A stretch of 64,000 bases of DNA from Ophelia neglecta. Its lineage: Eukaryota. A model generated the notes under the pieces. It was not told the origin of the DNA, searched no databases, and saw nothing but the letters and a program-made list of their open reading frames with translations. Made by a program: the position numbers and the translations under genes. This document shows, piece after piece, positions 39,501 through 52,800 of this stretch; the stretch's first letter is position 1; each line of letters begins with the position of its first letter. The stretch lies in the NCBI GenBank assembly GCA_965285935.1, contig CBDIWN010000008.1, forward strand, positions 310,001 through 374,000, written 5' to 3'.

Positions 39501-42500
39501 GGGGGTCCGACGCTAGGCTCTGGAAGATTGTACAATTGAAATGGACATTGGTTAAGCAGCTGCAATGATGTTGTTTGCGTCTGAAGCACAATAAATAGAT
39601 AGTATAGAGCATCGGCATATAAAGGCTATGTCAACTTTTTTTTTTACGGCCCACGAATTCACCGGCTACAAGTTAAAAAAAAGTTGCTGTAGTAAATACT
39701 ACTTGTGACCATAAGAAATATGAAATTATATGTGACAAGGCAATATTATCGACATTGTTGGTAAGGGTATTGTCGACATTTTTTCGATATTGGCAACAAT
39801 ATACTTTGATACTGAATTTAAATTCAAAACCTTGTTCCTGTGTGGCTAAAGTAGTAGCGAAGACAGTCATGTTTTTGAGACAGTCTTCTTTTATTCCAGT
39901 CAATTGCCGATAAATCTTTAATATGATTCGGTATGTAGAATTGACCGCCAGATTTGTCAATGTTTTGTCATATTTCATAGCAATATTATCTTCTTTGATT
40001 TCTATTGTGAGCGATTCAATGTCTGCCCCATTTGCCTCTGAAACGGTGATTTTGTAGCCAAATACGGCCGATGTATTTAATGGAATAGCTTTCACGTGTG
40101 TCCATTCAATGGTTACTCTGTCACTTTGAACATCGGTGATGCTGATTTTGTTCGCATCAGGATACTCAACATAGGCTGTTCATATAAAAAAAAGCAATAA
40201 GATCATTAATTTTTCATTGATACATAAACATAATTGTGATTACTTTCATAAGAGAAAAATTTATCAAAATTATGTCTCAGTGCAATAAAACTGATTTTAC
40301 TAACCTATAGATTGGTTACAATGATCTCCAGCATACCATGTATTGTACGGTTCAAGCTGACAACCGTAACTACATGCTCCACTGTACCGATGACAAGTCG
40401 TTGTGTCATCTACAGCCTCACAGTAAATACTACATGGTTTATCACATGTTATGCCATAATAACCACTCTGACAAACGCACGCCCCGCTATACCTGTCACA
40501 TCCGGGGTAACTATGCTCACCAAGACACTGATTATTACAGGTTTTATTGCAGTATTCTCCATAAGAACCGTCGTTACACCCATGATTACAAATCCCACTC
40601 CACTTGTTGCAAGAGACCAATTGGTTGAGTGGCGTACAGCCCGAGCTGCACCTTGTTTCACAAAATGCTCCCCACCTGGCCCCCAGACAACCCTTAGAGC
40701 ATGTTCCGTTGTTCCTCGCACAAACAGAGGTCCCATTAACACCTTGACAGTATTCACTGCAGGTTTCGTTACATGTGTTTAAGTAGTATCCATTTCGACA
40801 GCCATTATTACAATCTCCTGTTTCTCTGTGACAAACGTTAGAAGCAGAGACTACATAACAACCATTGCTACAATTGTACTGACACTGGTCTCCAAAGTAA
40901 GGGTCCTGACAGCCACTCGTGCAACGTCCATCAGTGACAGAACAAGACCGAGCATTAGACTTCTGATCAGTAAGGCAGTTCGCACTACATTGCTCGTTAC
41001 AATTGATGCCGAAATGGTCTATATCACATTCTGTAACGTAGATTAAAGTTAATAAGTGAAGGTTTGTTACGGCTCACCTTAAAACTGGATGTTACTGCTA
41101 GGGCATTGTGTAATATGTTACAGTGAATAGTGACACGATTCGTTAAATCTTAGACAGTTATGAGCCTACCTTGGCAGTCCGGGTACTTTGGGTAGTTCTC
41201 GGGGCATTTACTGCAGCCAATAGCGGGATCGCACGACTGACATCGGGTTGTATCACACACTAGAATGGATAGTTAGCAAAAATAAAATAGTGCTGTATTG
41301 GGCCTTATCCTTTAACACAACTTTCATAAATCCCAATTAATCGCTTTGACTCATAATTGTCTTCCTGTGCAAGCCTAAGATCGAAGTGATTACAGTGGAT
41401 TGGCGTCAAGTTCAGGAGTGAGTTTGCATTTGTTGAGCACCATCTATTATCTGATTATTGAAATTAGTCACGGCATTAGTTTCAACGGTGTCAAATGCGA
41501 GTGGGTCCATTTGAAAATGTTTAGCTTATGCAGCCACTATCTATTCCTAATAACCACTATCTCATTCCGGAACACACATTCAAAGATGAAAATAAGTGCC
41601 GGTTTTCACATACCAATAGGTTTGTATCCGTGAACTATCACCTCACACAGGCCAAGGTAATGCACTTCATCCCAGCCTGCATTTCTAATAATGGTAACGT
41701 ATCTGCCGCTGAGGGGTGAGTCACAATATATTGTGTCGTTTCCTGCTTTGGGAACGACTCCTGTATAATTCTTACAGAGACTTGTTAAATCACCGTCTGT
41801 CTTGGAACCAACTCCAAGGCGAAAATTACCGGTACGCTCTGTGAAAAGGTATACCTGGTTACAAATACATTATCTCCAATGACAAAATGTCATCAGAGCG
41901 ACACTTACAGTAACCTTGAATCGTGTATTGTACAGACGAATATGGGGGTGACTAATAACTAATTTAGAAATCAACAAATGGTGTTTTGCTTAAGGCCTAT
42001 GTGTACATTATCTAAACTTTGTGTTAACATGTTTTTAAGTAGCTCATCATGGAATATATCGCTGGTATTTTGTAAAACTAAATAGAGATTTCTATCCAGA
42101 CTATTTTGTTAGCGAGGTTTACACGAGTGGATAACGTATTTATAAAATACCTAAAAGAATCAATTCTAATAAAATAGTTGAAGATTTAATAACATAAATA
42201 GTGTGTTGCAGGAAATACCTCTTTACTTTTTCACCACGGATTCACCTTGTATGTTAAGTGTGCTTTACCAGTACCGTAGCTAACAATCAAGGAAACAAAA
42301 TATTCTGTTATGCGATGGTTGCCTCGCAACAGATTTTGTTTCAAATTTGTATCCTGTTCTCAAGGGAAATATTCACAGCCCTAGTTTGCATTTGCCTTCG
42401 ACACCTGTATTAAATGGGAACTCCAGCCCATTTGACATCAATTTCTTTTTATGCTAAAATATATCAGATTTGTAGGTAGCAATACTAATACTGGTGGTCT

Positions 42501-45500
42501 ATCAAAAGCATACACATGAAGTACAATTTGGAATTTATATTTTGCCCATGAGAAGATAATGGGAGGGACGAAAACAATTATTAGTAATGATGCGGTTAAT
42601 GCTACAATCAGGCGTGGATGTTTCAGTTAAATGTTTTACATTTGTCTCTACCAGTCGTTTTTGATTTTCTTACTGTAAGATGGAGAATGCCTTCTGTTTA
42701 AGATGGTGACACTGACAACTGTGTAGATATCCTCTAGATCGACGTACCACCAGGATATGTTCCCAGATCCAGCATCAGGATGTGCACAATTATCTATCAA
42801 TGTAGAGATTTTACCATCGACGGCCAGATCAGCGGCAGAGTTATAAAATTGTCCACTTTGATATGCTGGCCTTCCTTTCGCTATATTACCTGTTTATACA
42901 AAATACTGATAAAATGTCTGGTTTATTATGCTGTATTTAATCATAGAATAACCTATTTAGTAAACCACAAGGGCGAACAGAACATTTACGGGTATATGAA
43001 AATGCTCTTTACCAGCAAATGAATAAAACGTTCCTCATAATCATAAGATAATGCAAAACAAGAAATTTAAAAGCATCATATTGGATGCGATGCATATTAT
43101 ACAAGCATTTCTCTGGTAGGGCATAAATATCTATTTGCATTTCAATCCGGGTCTGACACTTATAGAGAAGGGAAGAGGTTGAGGCATTATTGGTTCGGTT
43201 AGAGATCGGAAAAAGAGCAGGATGCATGCAAACATTGTTTGACAGGTGTAGACCCGTCCTCTTCCTGCACTATAGGTTTTTACAGTTCTATATACTATAT
43301 TATAGTAATATCACAGTCCTATTCATTGCCATAACAAACATATTTCCTACTTATACAGAGCAAATAGAACACATGCTATCAATATGCTTACTCGAGGGCC
43401 ATATTCTTTCAAAAATAGCCCCCATGTTACTTGCTGAACTACACAAAATTACTTCAATTTTCTCCAATGGCAATGGCATCATGATCACTATACCGGAATA
43501 TTTTGGCCGTATGGGCAAAAATTCTGATTTCGAAACGTGAGATTTTAGGAAGTTTGTAGCCATCCATTCCCTCTCATCTTGGTTACATAATTCTACGAAT
43601 AAGTAGTCATCATTCGTCCGTGTAATTATTAGGTCTAATATATGACCTTTATCATGTTTTGGACTCGTAACGGGTCGTTAACGGTCAAATGTTTTGATCA
43701 AATGCGAGAACCTTGTAACATTACTATTATCTAACCTATTAAGGTGAATATTAAAAGCTCCTAATGAGTATTTGATTTCCCAAGGACGAAGATATCTATA
43801 AATGTTTCAAATGATTGATGTAAAATGAGTGGAAATCTGGACAAAGTCATCATTCGTCCTTGATAGTATAAGGTCTCATATGTGACCTTTATCATGTTTT
43901 GGACTCGTAACGTTTTCTTAACGGTCAAATGTTTTGAGCAAATGCTAGAACCTTGTAACATCACTATTATCTAAACTATTAAGATGAATATTAAAAGCTT
44001 CCAATGAGTATTTGATTTCTCTAGGACCAAGATATCTATAAATGTTTCAAATGTTTGGTGTAAAACAAGTGGAAATCTTGATACATTCTTTATTGATGGA
44101 GGTGGTCTATAGACTATAATGATGCTAATCCTATATGAAATGGGCTTTATACTTAAATAAAGACATTCAAATCACATAAATTTATGCTCCAACTGCTGAA
44201 TAACGTGAAAAAAAATAATTTAAGGCGATAAACTTTTAAGCAATCAAAAAACTGTAAACAGTTCAAATATAACAGTTCAACATAGATATAACATAAAAAA
44301 GGGAAATGTGACAAATTAAGGTATAAAAATTTGCCAGGCTTAGATTCAATAATCAAATTAATTGTATTTGATCGTTAACAGTTCTCATACTGAAGGAAAC
44401 AATCGGAGACATGACCACCGAGGACTACCGGCGATCATTCTAAATTATTCGGAAAATGGTTCCATACTTTGTATAGTTGAATGATAGGGGACAGTTCTCA
44501 TAGATTACTCCCAAATTAATTTTTGTTTTAGGATTGGGGCTCTCTTAGGTTTTGATTGAATAAATAGGTGCCGTAAGTGCATTAAAAAATTCACATGTCC
44601 CCATGGCAATATTATTTATTCTTTTCAACATTGTCAAGGGCGTTCTGATATTTCATATTATACTAATTATATATTGCATAAAAAAATTGATTATGATTTG
44701 ACTTTTCATGAATACTGTACGTCATAGTATTAAAATGAGAATTATGGAGTGTTAATACCTACACAAATAAGAACCTGAAGGTTAGCCAGTCACAGCGATA
44801 CTGTGCCTCAGGTGTCTGCTTATTTTCAAAAAGTTGCGGGATATGACGTAATGGTTAAATTAAAATTGATAAGTATACAGTATAACATTTTTAATATCTC
44901 TATTTTGACAGTCTTAAAAGTATTAGAATAAATATAAGGGGAAAGTTTTACCGAGTTTACACCCAGGCCCTTCTCTCCGTATGATAGCAGGGTCATCCCA
45001 TTCACATTCACCTGAATTGATACAATCTCCTGTCGTCTGATCACAACCATTGGTACAGTAACAGGGAAATACACAGCCAGCAGTATTCCCAAACCTACAC
45101 AGACCTGAGGGAAAAATTTCAAGGGGAACATTTAAATGGTAGGACTTGGTGTTAAACAAAACATGAAACAAATTGGTATTCCTGAACATTTTATTTGGGC
45201 AACACGGCTTTCTCTGACCAGCAAAAGTTTGCTCCCAAAAGTCGGGCCGAAAAAGCAAAACGTACATAAAACCAGGAGTGTGGGGGACCAAACACATTGA
45301 ACGTAATCTTCGAAACATAAACCTTCTTGTGTAGAAGAATACATCTAAGATTTATAAACATTCATATCAGTAATATATTTTGACGCGACAGCTAACGTTA
45401 TGTGCGTTTGACGAGCGTCCTTTTGTTAGCTGAAATATCCGAGAGCACCAACTTTCTTGTTATTCCGTGGAAAGTCAGTATTTCAATTTTTATCAAATAT

Positions 45501-48500
45501 CTTTACCCTGAAACACGCTGTCAGCGAGATTTTCTTCCAAGGGTAAGGGGCATTTAAGCTATTTCCCCGCCCCAGGAATATTCTCCTTCCTCCGTCCTCC
45601 AAACCTCATATAGGTGAATTTGATAATAGCGTTTAATCAGTATAAACTATTTATCTTTTCTTATTTCATTTTCAAGCGTCAAAAGCACCATACTAGCTTT
45701 AGTACTTGTAACAGTACTTGTATTTTTATCACTTTTGTGCCTCGGTCAATGCGGCGAACGCTATTATTTTGCGGCCAAAGCAATGTCAGTGATGCATTTG
45801 GTACTATGGTGTGTCGAACTCGCAGCATAAAAATACCAAATGAAGCATTGACAAACCATCATACAATCCACTGGTTTTTTTGCTATCTACAGACATTAGA
45901 TATTATACACGTTTACCTTTTCCTTATTAACTGGTATGTTACAATATTATATCAAAGTAATTATTGTTCAAGCTAGACAGCCAAAATATAATAATTCATT
46001 GGTGTGCTACAAAATGAAATATGAATTCTGAAGTTTTTCAAACACGGTGTTAAACCCACAGTAGGGTACAAAACGGGATCCGCAATATAATAGAATCCTC
46101 TAGCCTAAAAGTTTCTTATAGCAGTAAGTTTTTTCTCTCTTCAAATACAAGCATAGTTCTTTAGGGATTTATACCAGGTGTATTCAGGCCCTATGTGTGT
46201 ATAGCCTACAGTCATGCAAACAATCTGAGACGAATTAATGCACTGAGGGGCACACTCTGTTAAAAGTCGAGTGGGGATATGTAGAGCTCTCCAGAGGTCT
46301 CTGGCGGGTCTAGATGCAGTCAGACCCCATATGGTTTTCAGAGCTCCCTGGCGGATCTAGAGCTAGTAGGTGCCATCAGGCGGATCGCTAGGTCATAAGA
46401 GTTCCCTGACGGATCTAGAGGTTGTTAAGAGTCCCTGGCGGGAGCCTAGGTCTTCAGACACCCCTTTGGATCTAGAGGTTATAAGAGCCACCACGTCACA
46501 TTTTGCACCATTTCAAGATGATGATTATCCTAATTTGTTGACGGAGACATTTCATATATCCCGATAGCCTTATTAGCTTAAAAAAAACGCTTCTTATTGG
46601 GACGGAACACTAATACAAGCCTTTTCTGAATTCTGCCCCCACAACCACCCTACCCCTCGCGCCGTTTTCAATTAGTGGGAAGCATCCGCCCTTGGTTACG
46701 AATCAGTTCTACAACACACTGGTTTACATACGATATTAATATTAATGTATGACTTTATGTTCCATGTGTGGTGATAGGAACATTTAATGTGTAATTCATT
46801 GTAACGGACACCTCCGTTTTCTATATATGTTATTAATGGCATTGGCCGTGTGGCGAAAGATTAATGCCCAGATACTAATGATTGGCAAGCAATGTATCAA
46901 GGTTTGTAGATCTTTTCCGACGTGAACAGGTCGTCTTTGGCTAGTGTCACGATTTTAGTTGTAACCTGTGAACATGCATAGTTGACACCACGACGGCAAC
47001 TGATTATATTAGCATTCGTGGCCAAAAACATCATAAGCGTGCTTCAGATGTTTTCTGACTCTATTTCCATAATAATCATTCAATACTGACATTTATAATG
47101 AAATTTACTTCCTGGTTTCCGAGCGGTCGCCTGAAAGTAAATACACCAGTCCACATCCCGTTAAACAAACAAAAAGAACACGAAGTAAACGTGTTTGCAG
47201 TCATGTCATATATTTTTAAAAGTTCAACTTCTGTTGAATAATTCTTCGTCAATTAATACTATGCGCCTTAGAATATGAATTTGCAAATAACGCTATATAT
47301 ATATTACGTCTAATAGATAATGTTTATGATTGTAAAAATATAATATATTGAAGTGGAAGCCCCGTGGGTTGTATTTTGAACGCTTTATTACAATATTAAT
47401 TCAATCGGATGGTATTTACCGATGGCAGTGACGATACTCATATTCATTAGATGAATATAATGAGATAATTTGTAAGCAATGAAAATAAACATCATGTACA
47501 ATACAAATAAGGGGACTGAAAGACGTTCTCCATGCGGTTAACTTAAGGAAAATCAAATAAAAGATATACACTGGACATGAACTGGATTATAGCTTCTTAC
47601 CCTATGAGGGACGGGGTTATAACGATGATTAAGTCTACAGACATATATAAAACCATGAACCGCCGGAGCAGGGACACGCACTGCTAGGGAAGTAAATACA
47701 CAAACAAACAAATAAAGCTACTCTAGTGTGTGTGTGTGGATAAATTATAACATAAAGGCAAAAAACCGATATATATCAACTGGACAAATGCCTTGCACAC
47801 TCCTTAAACTGCCTAAAACAATTGACCTACACCGGGAGACACGACAGCCCTTGGCTAAACAAGCCAGTATAGTACATAATCTGGGAGTTATGTTTGACAA
47901 CTCTGTCACCATGGACGCCCAGGGGCCAAGTGCTGTTGATACTGCCACATTCCACTTTCGCACTATCTCGAGTATCCGGTAATAATTAAACACCGATATA
48001 AACGTTATTTGAGTACCCTGAGTGGAAGGTCCGCTTGGCATACATTTACTTAACCTATCCCAAATCTTTGAGTCCCACAATCTTGAAACACAAGTATTTT
48101 AAGTCCGGCGTTCTAGAAATTGACAAAGCACAATACAATCCACTGGTTTTCTTACTACACATACTGGGAATATTCACGTTGTCTATTCACTGATGTGTTA
48201 CAATATTATATCCAAATGATTATTTTTCAAACTAGACAGACAAAAACAATAATGCATCGGTATGCTATAAAATGAAAAACACGCTGTTGAACCCATAGGA
48301 TGGTACAAAACGGAAGCCGCAATATAATAGAGTCCTCAGAGCTAAAAGGTGCTTATAGCAGTGATTCTTTTGCCTACTTCTAGTACACAGGAATGTTCCT
48401 TAACCATGCAGTACAAACATATAAAGGGATTTATACCAGGTGTATTCAGGCCCCATGTGTGTATAGCCTACAGTTATGCAAACAATCTGAGGCCTAATGC

Positions 48501-49509
48501 ACTGAGGGGCGCACTCTGTTAAAAGTACAGTGGGGGATCTAGAGATTGCCAGGGGTCTCTGGCGGGTCTAGATGCAGTCAGACCCCATGACGTTTTCAAA
48601 GCCCCGTGGCAGATAGAGGGAGTAGGTGCCAACTGGCGGGTTGATGGGTTATTAGAGTTCCCTGGCGGATTTAGAGGTTGTGCGAACCCCTGTCGAGAGC
48701 GTAGGTGTTCCGACACCCCTTGTGGATCTAGAGGTTGTCAGAGCCACCATGTCACCTTTTGCACCAAAGTGGTCATACACCATGATGAATATCCTAAATT
48801 TCTGACGAAGACAATTCATAGATCCCGATAGCGTTATTAGCTTTAAAAAATATAAACCCTTCTTTTTAGGACGTGACACTAATGCAAGCCTTTCCTGAGT
48901 TCTAACCCAACCACCACCACCACCCCAAACCCTGGCGCCGTTTTCAGCATCCGCCCCTGGTTACGAATCAAATCTACAACACTCTGGTTTACATACGATA
49001 TTAATATTAATGTATGACTTTTGATTCCAAGGGTGGTGATAGGAAAAGTTAATGTGTAATTCATTGGAACGGACAGCTCAATATGTTATTAGTGGCACTG
49101 CCCGTGTTGCTAATTAATTAATGCCCTGTTAATAATGTTTGGCAAGCAGTGTGCCGACGTGTACAGGTCGTCTTTGTCTTGTGTTACGATTTTGGTGGTA
49201 ACTTGTGGACATATTTAGTTGACACCACGTCCACAACTGATTTTTAAAGCATTCGTGACCAAAAAAGTCACAAGTGTGCTTCAGATGTTTTCTGACTCTA
49301 TTTCCATAATAATCACCGTTTAACTTTACGGGTTAACAATAAGTTAAAACAACTATGAATACTTAATAATACCACTGCCAACAACCCGGCGATCGAGTAA
49401 TACCAATAAGTTCATAAAAAGAACATATCTACTAACCTGTCTGAGCAGTAACTCTTGTAAGAAAAACACTGGAACTGACCAGCAAACAAATGTAAATGGT
49501 AGGAGACAT
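31413..49509 (-). CDS. Gene B: receptor-type tyrosine-protein phosphatase with F-type lectin, multiple EGF-like and FN3 ectodomain, TM, and tandem PTP D1/D2 (25 coding exons, 1303 aa)
   Basis: Exons: 49509-49437, 45104-44952, 42889-42674, 41838-41614, 41259-41170, 41030-40305, 40175-39831, 39519-39408 (TM), 39253-39159, 38933-38722, 37449-37362, 37013-36943, 36804-36765, 36502-36405, 36268-36140, 34939-34794, 34695-34560, 34173-34024, 33548-33449, 33316-33243, 32982-32848, 32729-32592, 32476-32328, 31845-31710, 31487-31413. All GT-AG with consistent phases; total 3912 nt. D1 motifs: [41 protein letters not shown]2 motifs: KNRD, DYINA, IQCKDGASHSG. C-terminus YGNFK*. Confidence 0.93.
34024..37449 (-). 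CDS. Gene B PTP D1 domain (predicted active)
   Basis: [10 protein letters not shown] is split across exons 34939-34794 and 34695-34560. WPD and the Q-loop are intact. Confidence 0.9.
40305..41030 (-). CDS. Gene B exon 6: ~5-6 MEGF/laminin-type EGF-like repeats
   Basis: 726-nt open exon with repeats of C..G.(Y/F/W)G..C...CS..C......C....G.C..GC. Confidence 0.9.
41614..42889 (-). CDS. Gene B F-type lectin domain, two exons
   Basis: [11 protein letters not shown]...LAVDG...CAHP...SWWYVDL...[12 protein letters not shown]...GRYVTI...[10 protein letters not shown]. Confidence 0.88.
43260..43600 (-). mobile_element. L2/CR1-type RT C-terminal fragment in intron 2 of gene B
   Basis: [18 protein letters not shown]...[11 protein letters not shown]....SKHIDSMC resembles WM..NFLKLN.SKTEFL...SARNLGVIFD....HI...C. 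Not seen in the matching intron of gene A. Confidence 0.65.
43604..44083. repeat. ~240-bp direct tandem duplication in gene B intron 2
   Basis: agtcatcattcgtcc...gacctttatcatgttttggactcgtaacg...gtggaaatct occurs at ~43604 and again at ~43845. Confidence 0.9.
45860..47755. repeat. Internal duplicate of the intron-1/promoter module inside gene B intron 1, with the signal exon deleted
   Basis: Parallels ~48130-50290 and 1-900. The junction ccataataatcatt|caatactgac at ~47080 removes ~280 bp that includes the 73-nt exon. Confidence 0.8.
47760..48010 (+). mobile_element. L2/CR1-type RT fragment (homologous to 10590-10790)
   Basis: [18 protein letters not shown]....[14 protein letters not shown] matches VRNLGVIFD..L.M..QV......FHLR.I..IR. 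Confidence 0.65.
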
Positions 49510-49619
49510 TATCGATTTGCACGTACAAACACCTCTGTAAGTGTGTTTATTGTGAACTCTATGCCAGATAGAAGTGACTTACAGGTATGCCTACATTAAA
49601 TACGAATATTAATAATGAT

Positions 49620-49806
49620 ATTTACTTCCTGGTTTCCGAGGGGTCGCCTGAAAGTAAATACACCAGCCCACATCCCGTTGAACAAACAAACTTTATGGCT
49701 GAAGAATTACATGTTTACAGTCATGCTATGTATTTTCAATACATAATAAATAATGTTGCATGCTCCTAAAATTGTATTACAATGTATATTGAAGTGGAAG
49801 TCCCGA
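49620..49806 (-). promoter_or_regulatory. Candidate promoter motifs upstream of gene B exon 1: ETS core (CAGGAAGT) and Rel/NF-kB-like site
   Basis: acttcctgg lies ~115 bp upstream of the ATG and ggaagtcccg (rc CGGGACTTCC) at ~49796-49805. Similar motifs occur in the other module copies (CGGGATTTCC at 669-678). Motif match only. Confidence 0.3.
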
Positions 49807-52800
49807 GGGTTGTATTTCGAACGCTTTATTACAATATTAAATCAATCGGATAGTATTTACTGACTACAGTGACGATACTAATATTCATTAGTATTCATTA
49901 GATGACTATAATGAGATAATCTGTTAGCAATGAAAATAAACATCATGTAAAATACAAATAAGGGGACTCAAACTCGTTCTCCATGGGGCGAACTTTAAGC
50001 AAATGAAATCAAAGATATACAGTTGGACAAGAATTGGATCACAGCTTTTTACCCAATGAAGGACGGGATTATAACGATGATTAAATCTACACACATATAT
50101 GAAACAATGAAGCCCCGGAGCAGGGACACACACTGCTAGGCGAAGTTAGCAATATTTACCTCATGGTTTATAATACTGGTATTTTAATACGGCCGTTACC
50201 TACATTTATATCGACCATTAATACACAGACACACAAATAAAGCTACTCTAGTGTGTGTGTTTATATCATAAATGCAAATTATAACATGAATGGAGCTATG
50301 ATGGCGGTCGATAAAGTCTATAGGCCAATAGAGTCATAGGCGGTATATACAAACTTGGTGCCACGCAGTACTTTTGTTACAGGTCGCAATTTTCGACGTA
50401 GCTCCTTTAGATTTTCAAACGTCGTGTATAACTCCATTCCTAAGATCAAGTTTGAAGATGGCGGTTATCGGCACCAAAAACGTCGTTTTCGGCTGAACGC
50501 TCCCCGGGAACGCTCCCAAATCTTGGGGGAGCAGGTATCGACTGCCGGTTGACACTAAAATCATTTTCAGACCACGGCCTATCTCTTTGTCAGCAAGCGG
50601 CACACTCTCATTCTCGTCGATCGTCCTCTAGAAATTCCGCTACAAGAATTCTGTTATTTAGCACACGACTTCCCTGGCGTTGAACAAGGTGCCAAGCCAA
50701 ATTTCAGAATTGTTGGTGTGCAGGCGCCGGCTACAGAGCGTAAGAAAAAAACCTCAAACTCACCAGCGACAGTTCCATCAACCGCCATATCTTGATGATC
50801 CGGCGCCAATAGGTCTAGCTCAAAAAGTTTGGATAATCCCAAATTTCGTTCGTTGGGCCCTCCGAGGCTTAGTTTTATGAGTTATGTCCAAATTTTGGTT
50901 CCAAATCTTGTGGCTTTTATCGCTGGGAACTAGACGTCACAGTTGCATCTGATTTCAATTTTAGAAATTCCTTGGTCTCTGCTTCATTTTTTTAATTGTG
51001 TAAATTTATACCAGCCACATTAAATCTGGAGACTTTCAGAAAAAAAGGTTTAAAACGTACGATGCTAGAAAACAGTGTGCACAACCTATTGCTGACGCAC
51101 ATCAAGCTGATGTGATGCGTTTTTTATATATTAGACATACTCTAGTTGGAAAAAGCATATTCTCAGCAAACAACACAAGTACTTTGACTTACTTTAGTTT
51201 GGTGAACAATATAAACACTAACGTTACTAAGCTTTAACCGCGATTAACTAACGATTTGATCTGCTTAAATGTCATATTCTTTAAATCAACATTAAGGGGA
51301 CTTTGTATATACGTCGCTGCATATATGCTACAAACATTAAGGGGGGCCGTTACCTAAAGCCAAATCTGGGCATTTGTATTTCTGTGTGCATATATTCTGT
51401 GCACCTAGTGGTTAAAATTGGTTATGTCAAATAATTGTATTTTGCTTATATTCAATTTTGTACATGTAAAGTCACAAAATTAAAGATCACATGGTGTCCT
51501 TGGTAACAAGAGCAGGGGTAATGGCTACCCTGCAGACGAGCGCGTTTATTTCCGTTTAATTTCAGCCCTGTCAAACCTGGATGAGTTTTATGTAAGAAAG
51601 AATTATCATAGTTCCCTCGGATAGAGAATGAAAGACAATAATGCAGTGAGCAATAACCTATTAGAAAGCCCCCTGCCTTCTGATCATGTCTAAGGAGGTA
51701 CCTAGTCATGAGACATTGACCTACAGCGCGTCTAAGTAGAGGCGGAGCGCACAACCCAGAGACAGACTACAGTAGGGGGACATTGTATAGTAAAAGTATG
51801 GCCAGGCAATCCCTCCGCCCGCTGAGATAGAGATGGCATATGTGGGTGACACTGCCCTTCCGCCATTACTTGATAGACTAACATGCGTAGAACAATATTA
51901 TTCTCGTCGAAAATAGCTATATCAAGCATACTTTACTAAGGGTACAGGCTTAAACTTTCATTGGGAACATATGGAAAGGCTTACACTACTGACACCTCAT
52001 TTGCCAATTATCGTATACAGATATATGTTGAAAATAAAGTCATTGGCTTAATAGTTTCATTAAATGTATCTCCGACCACGACGATCTATTGTGTGATGAT
52101 TTGATCCGTTCAAATCATAATCATAGCTGAGTATTTTGGCTTAAACTCTGATGTAGATCACAGGTAAAAGGTCCCCAATCGTAAATTTATCACCTCAAAA
52201 GCTTGATTTACCTGGCCCGTTTCATCATACCGGAAATAAAATATGCGGATAAGTTTATGTTGGTCACATTTAAAGATTACTTGATAAACTATTATGGTAC
52301 ATTGACTAAAACACAAATAAATGCAAACTCGTTTACAGAACTGCCGAAATGAAAAACTTCTTTTCTTCTATGCAATGAGCTAACTATGCTTGTCATATGT
52401 AAACATAAAAAGCCGAAAACAGAATTGTCTTGATGACACAAAATACCAACTATCGGTCAATCCCAAGAGAACTATTTAAACCAACACCAAATACTACAAA
52501 AAGAATGTTTTGCTGAAAGAACATAAAATGTATGAATATTGGCAGTCGCAAGACAAAACCCACATGACCGTGTGAGGGAAATGGAGACAAAAACTTAATG
52601 GCTTCAGAGTATTACCACGATTTAATATAATGAAAATAAAATATCGTCCTCCCCATGTAACGATTAAATAGTGCCACACATTTTATGATAATATATGCCA
52701 ATTAACTAAGTCATCTTCAACCAATTTTTTGAAATCAAATAATACCACCACCCCCAACCCTTTCCTTCTTTCCTTGAAGCTTATATAATACACAGATTTT

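Noticed and set aside
40312-40782. Plus-strand 156-aa ORF and other antisense ORFs over exons (e.g. 4772-4990, 38632-38976)
   Set aside because: They are antisense shadows of genuine minus-strand exons and have no recognisable domain.
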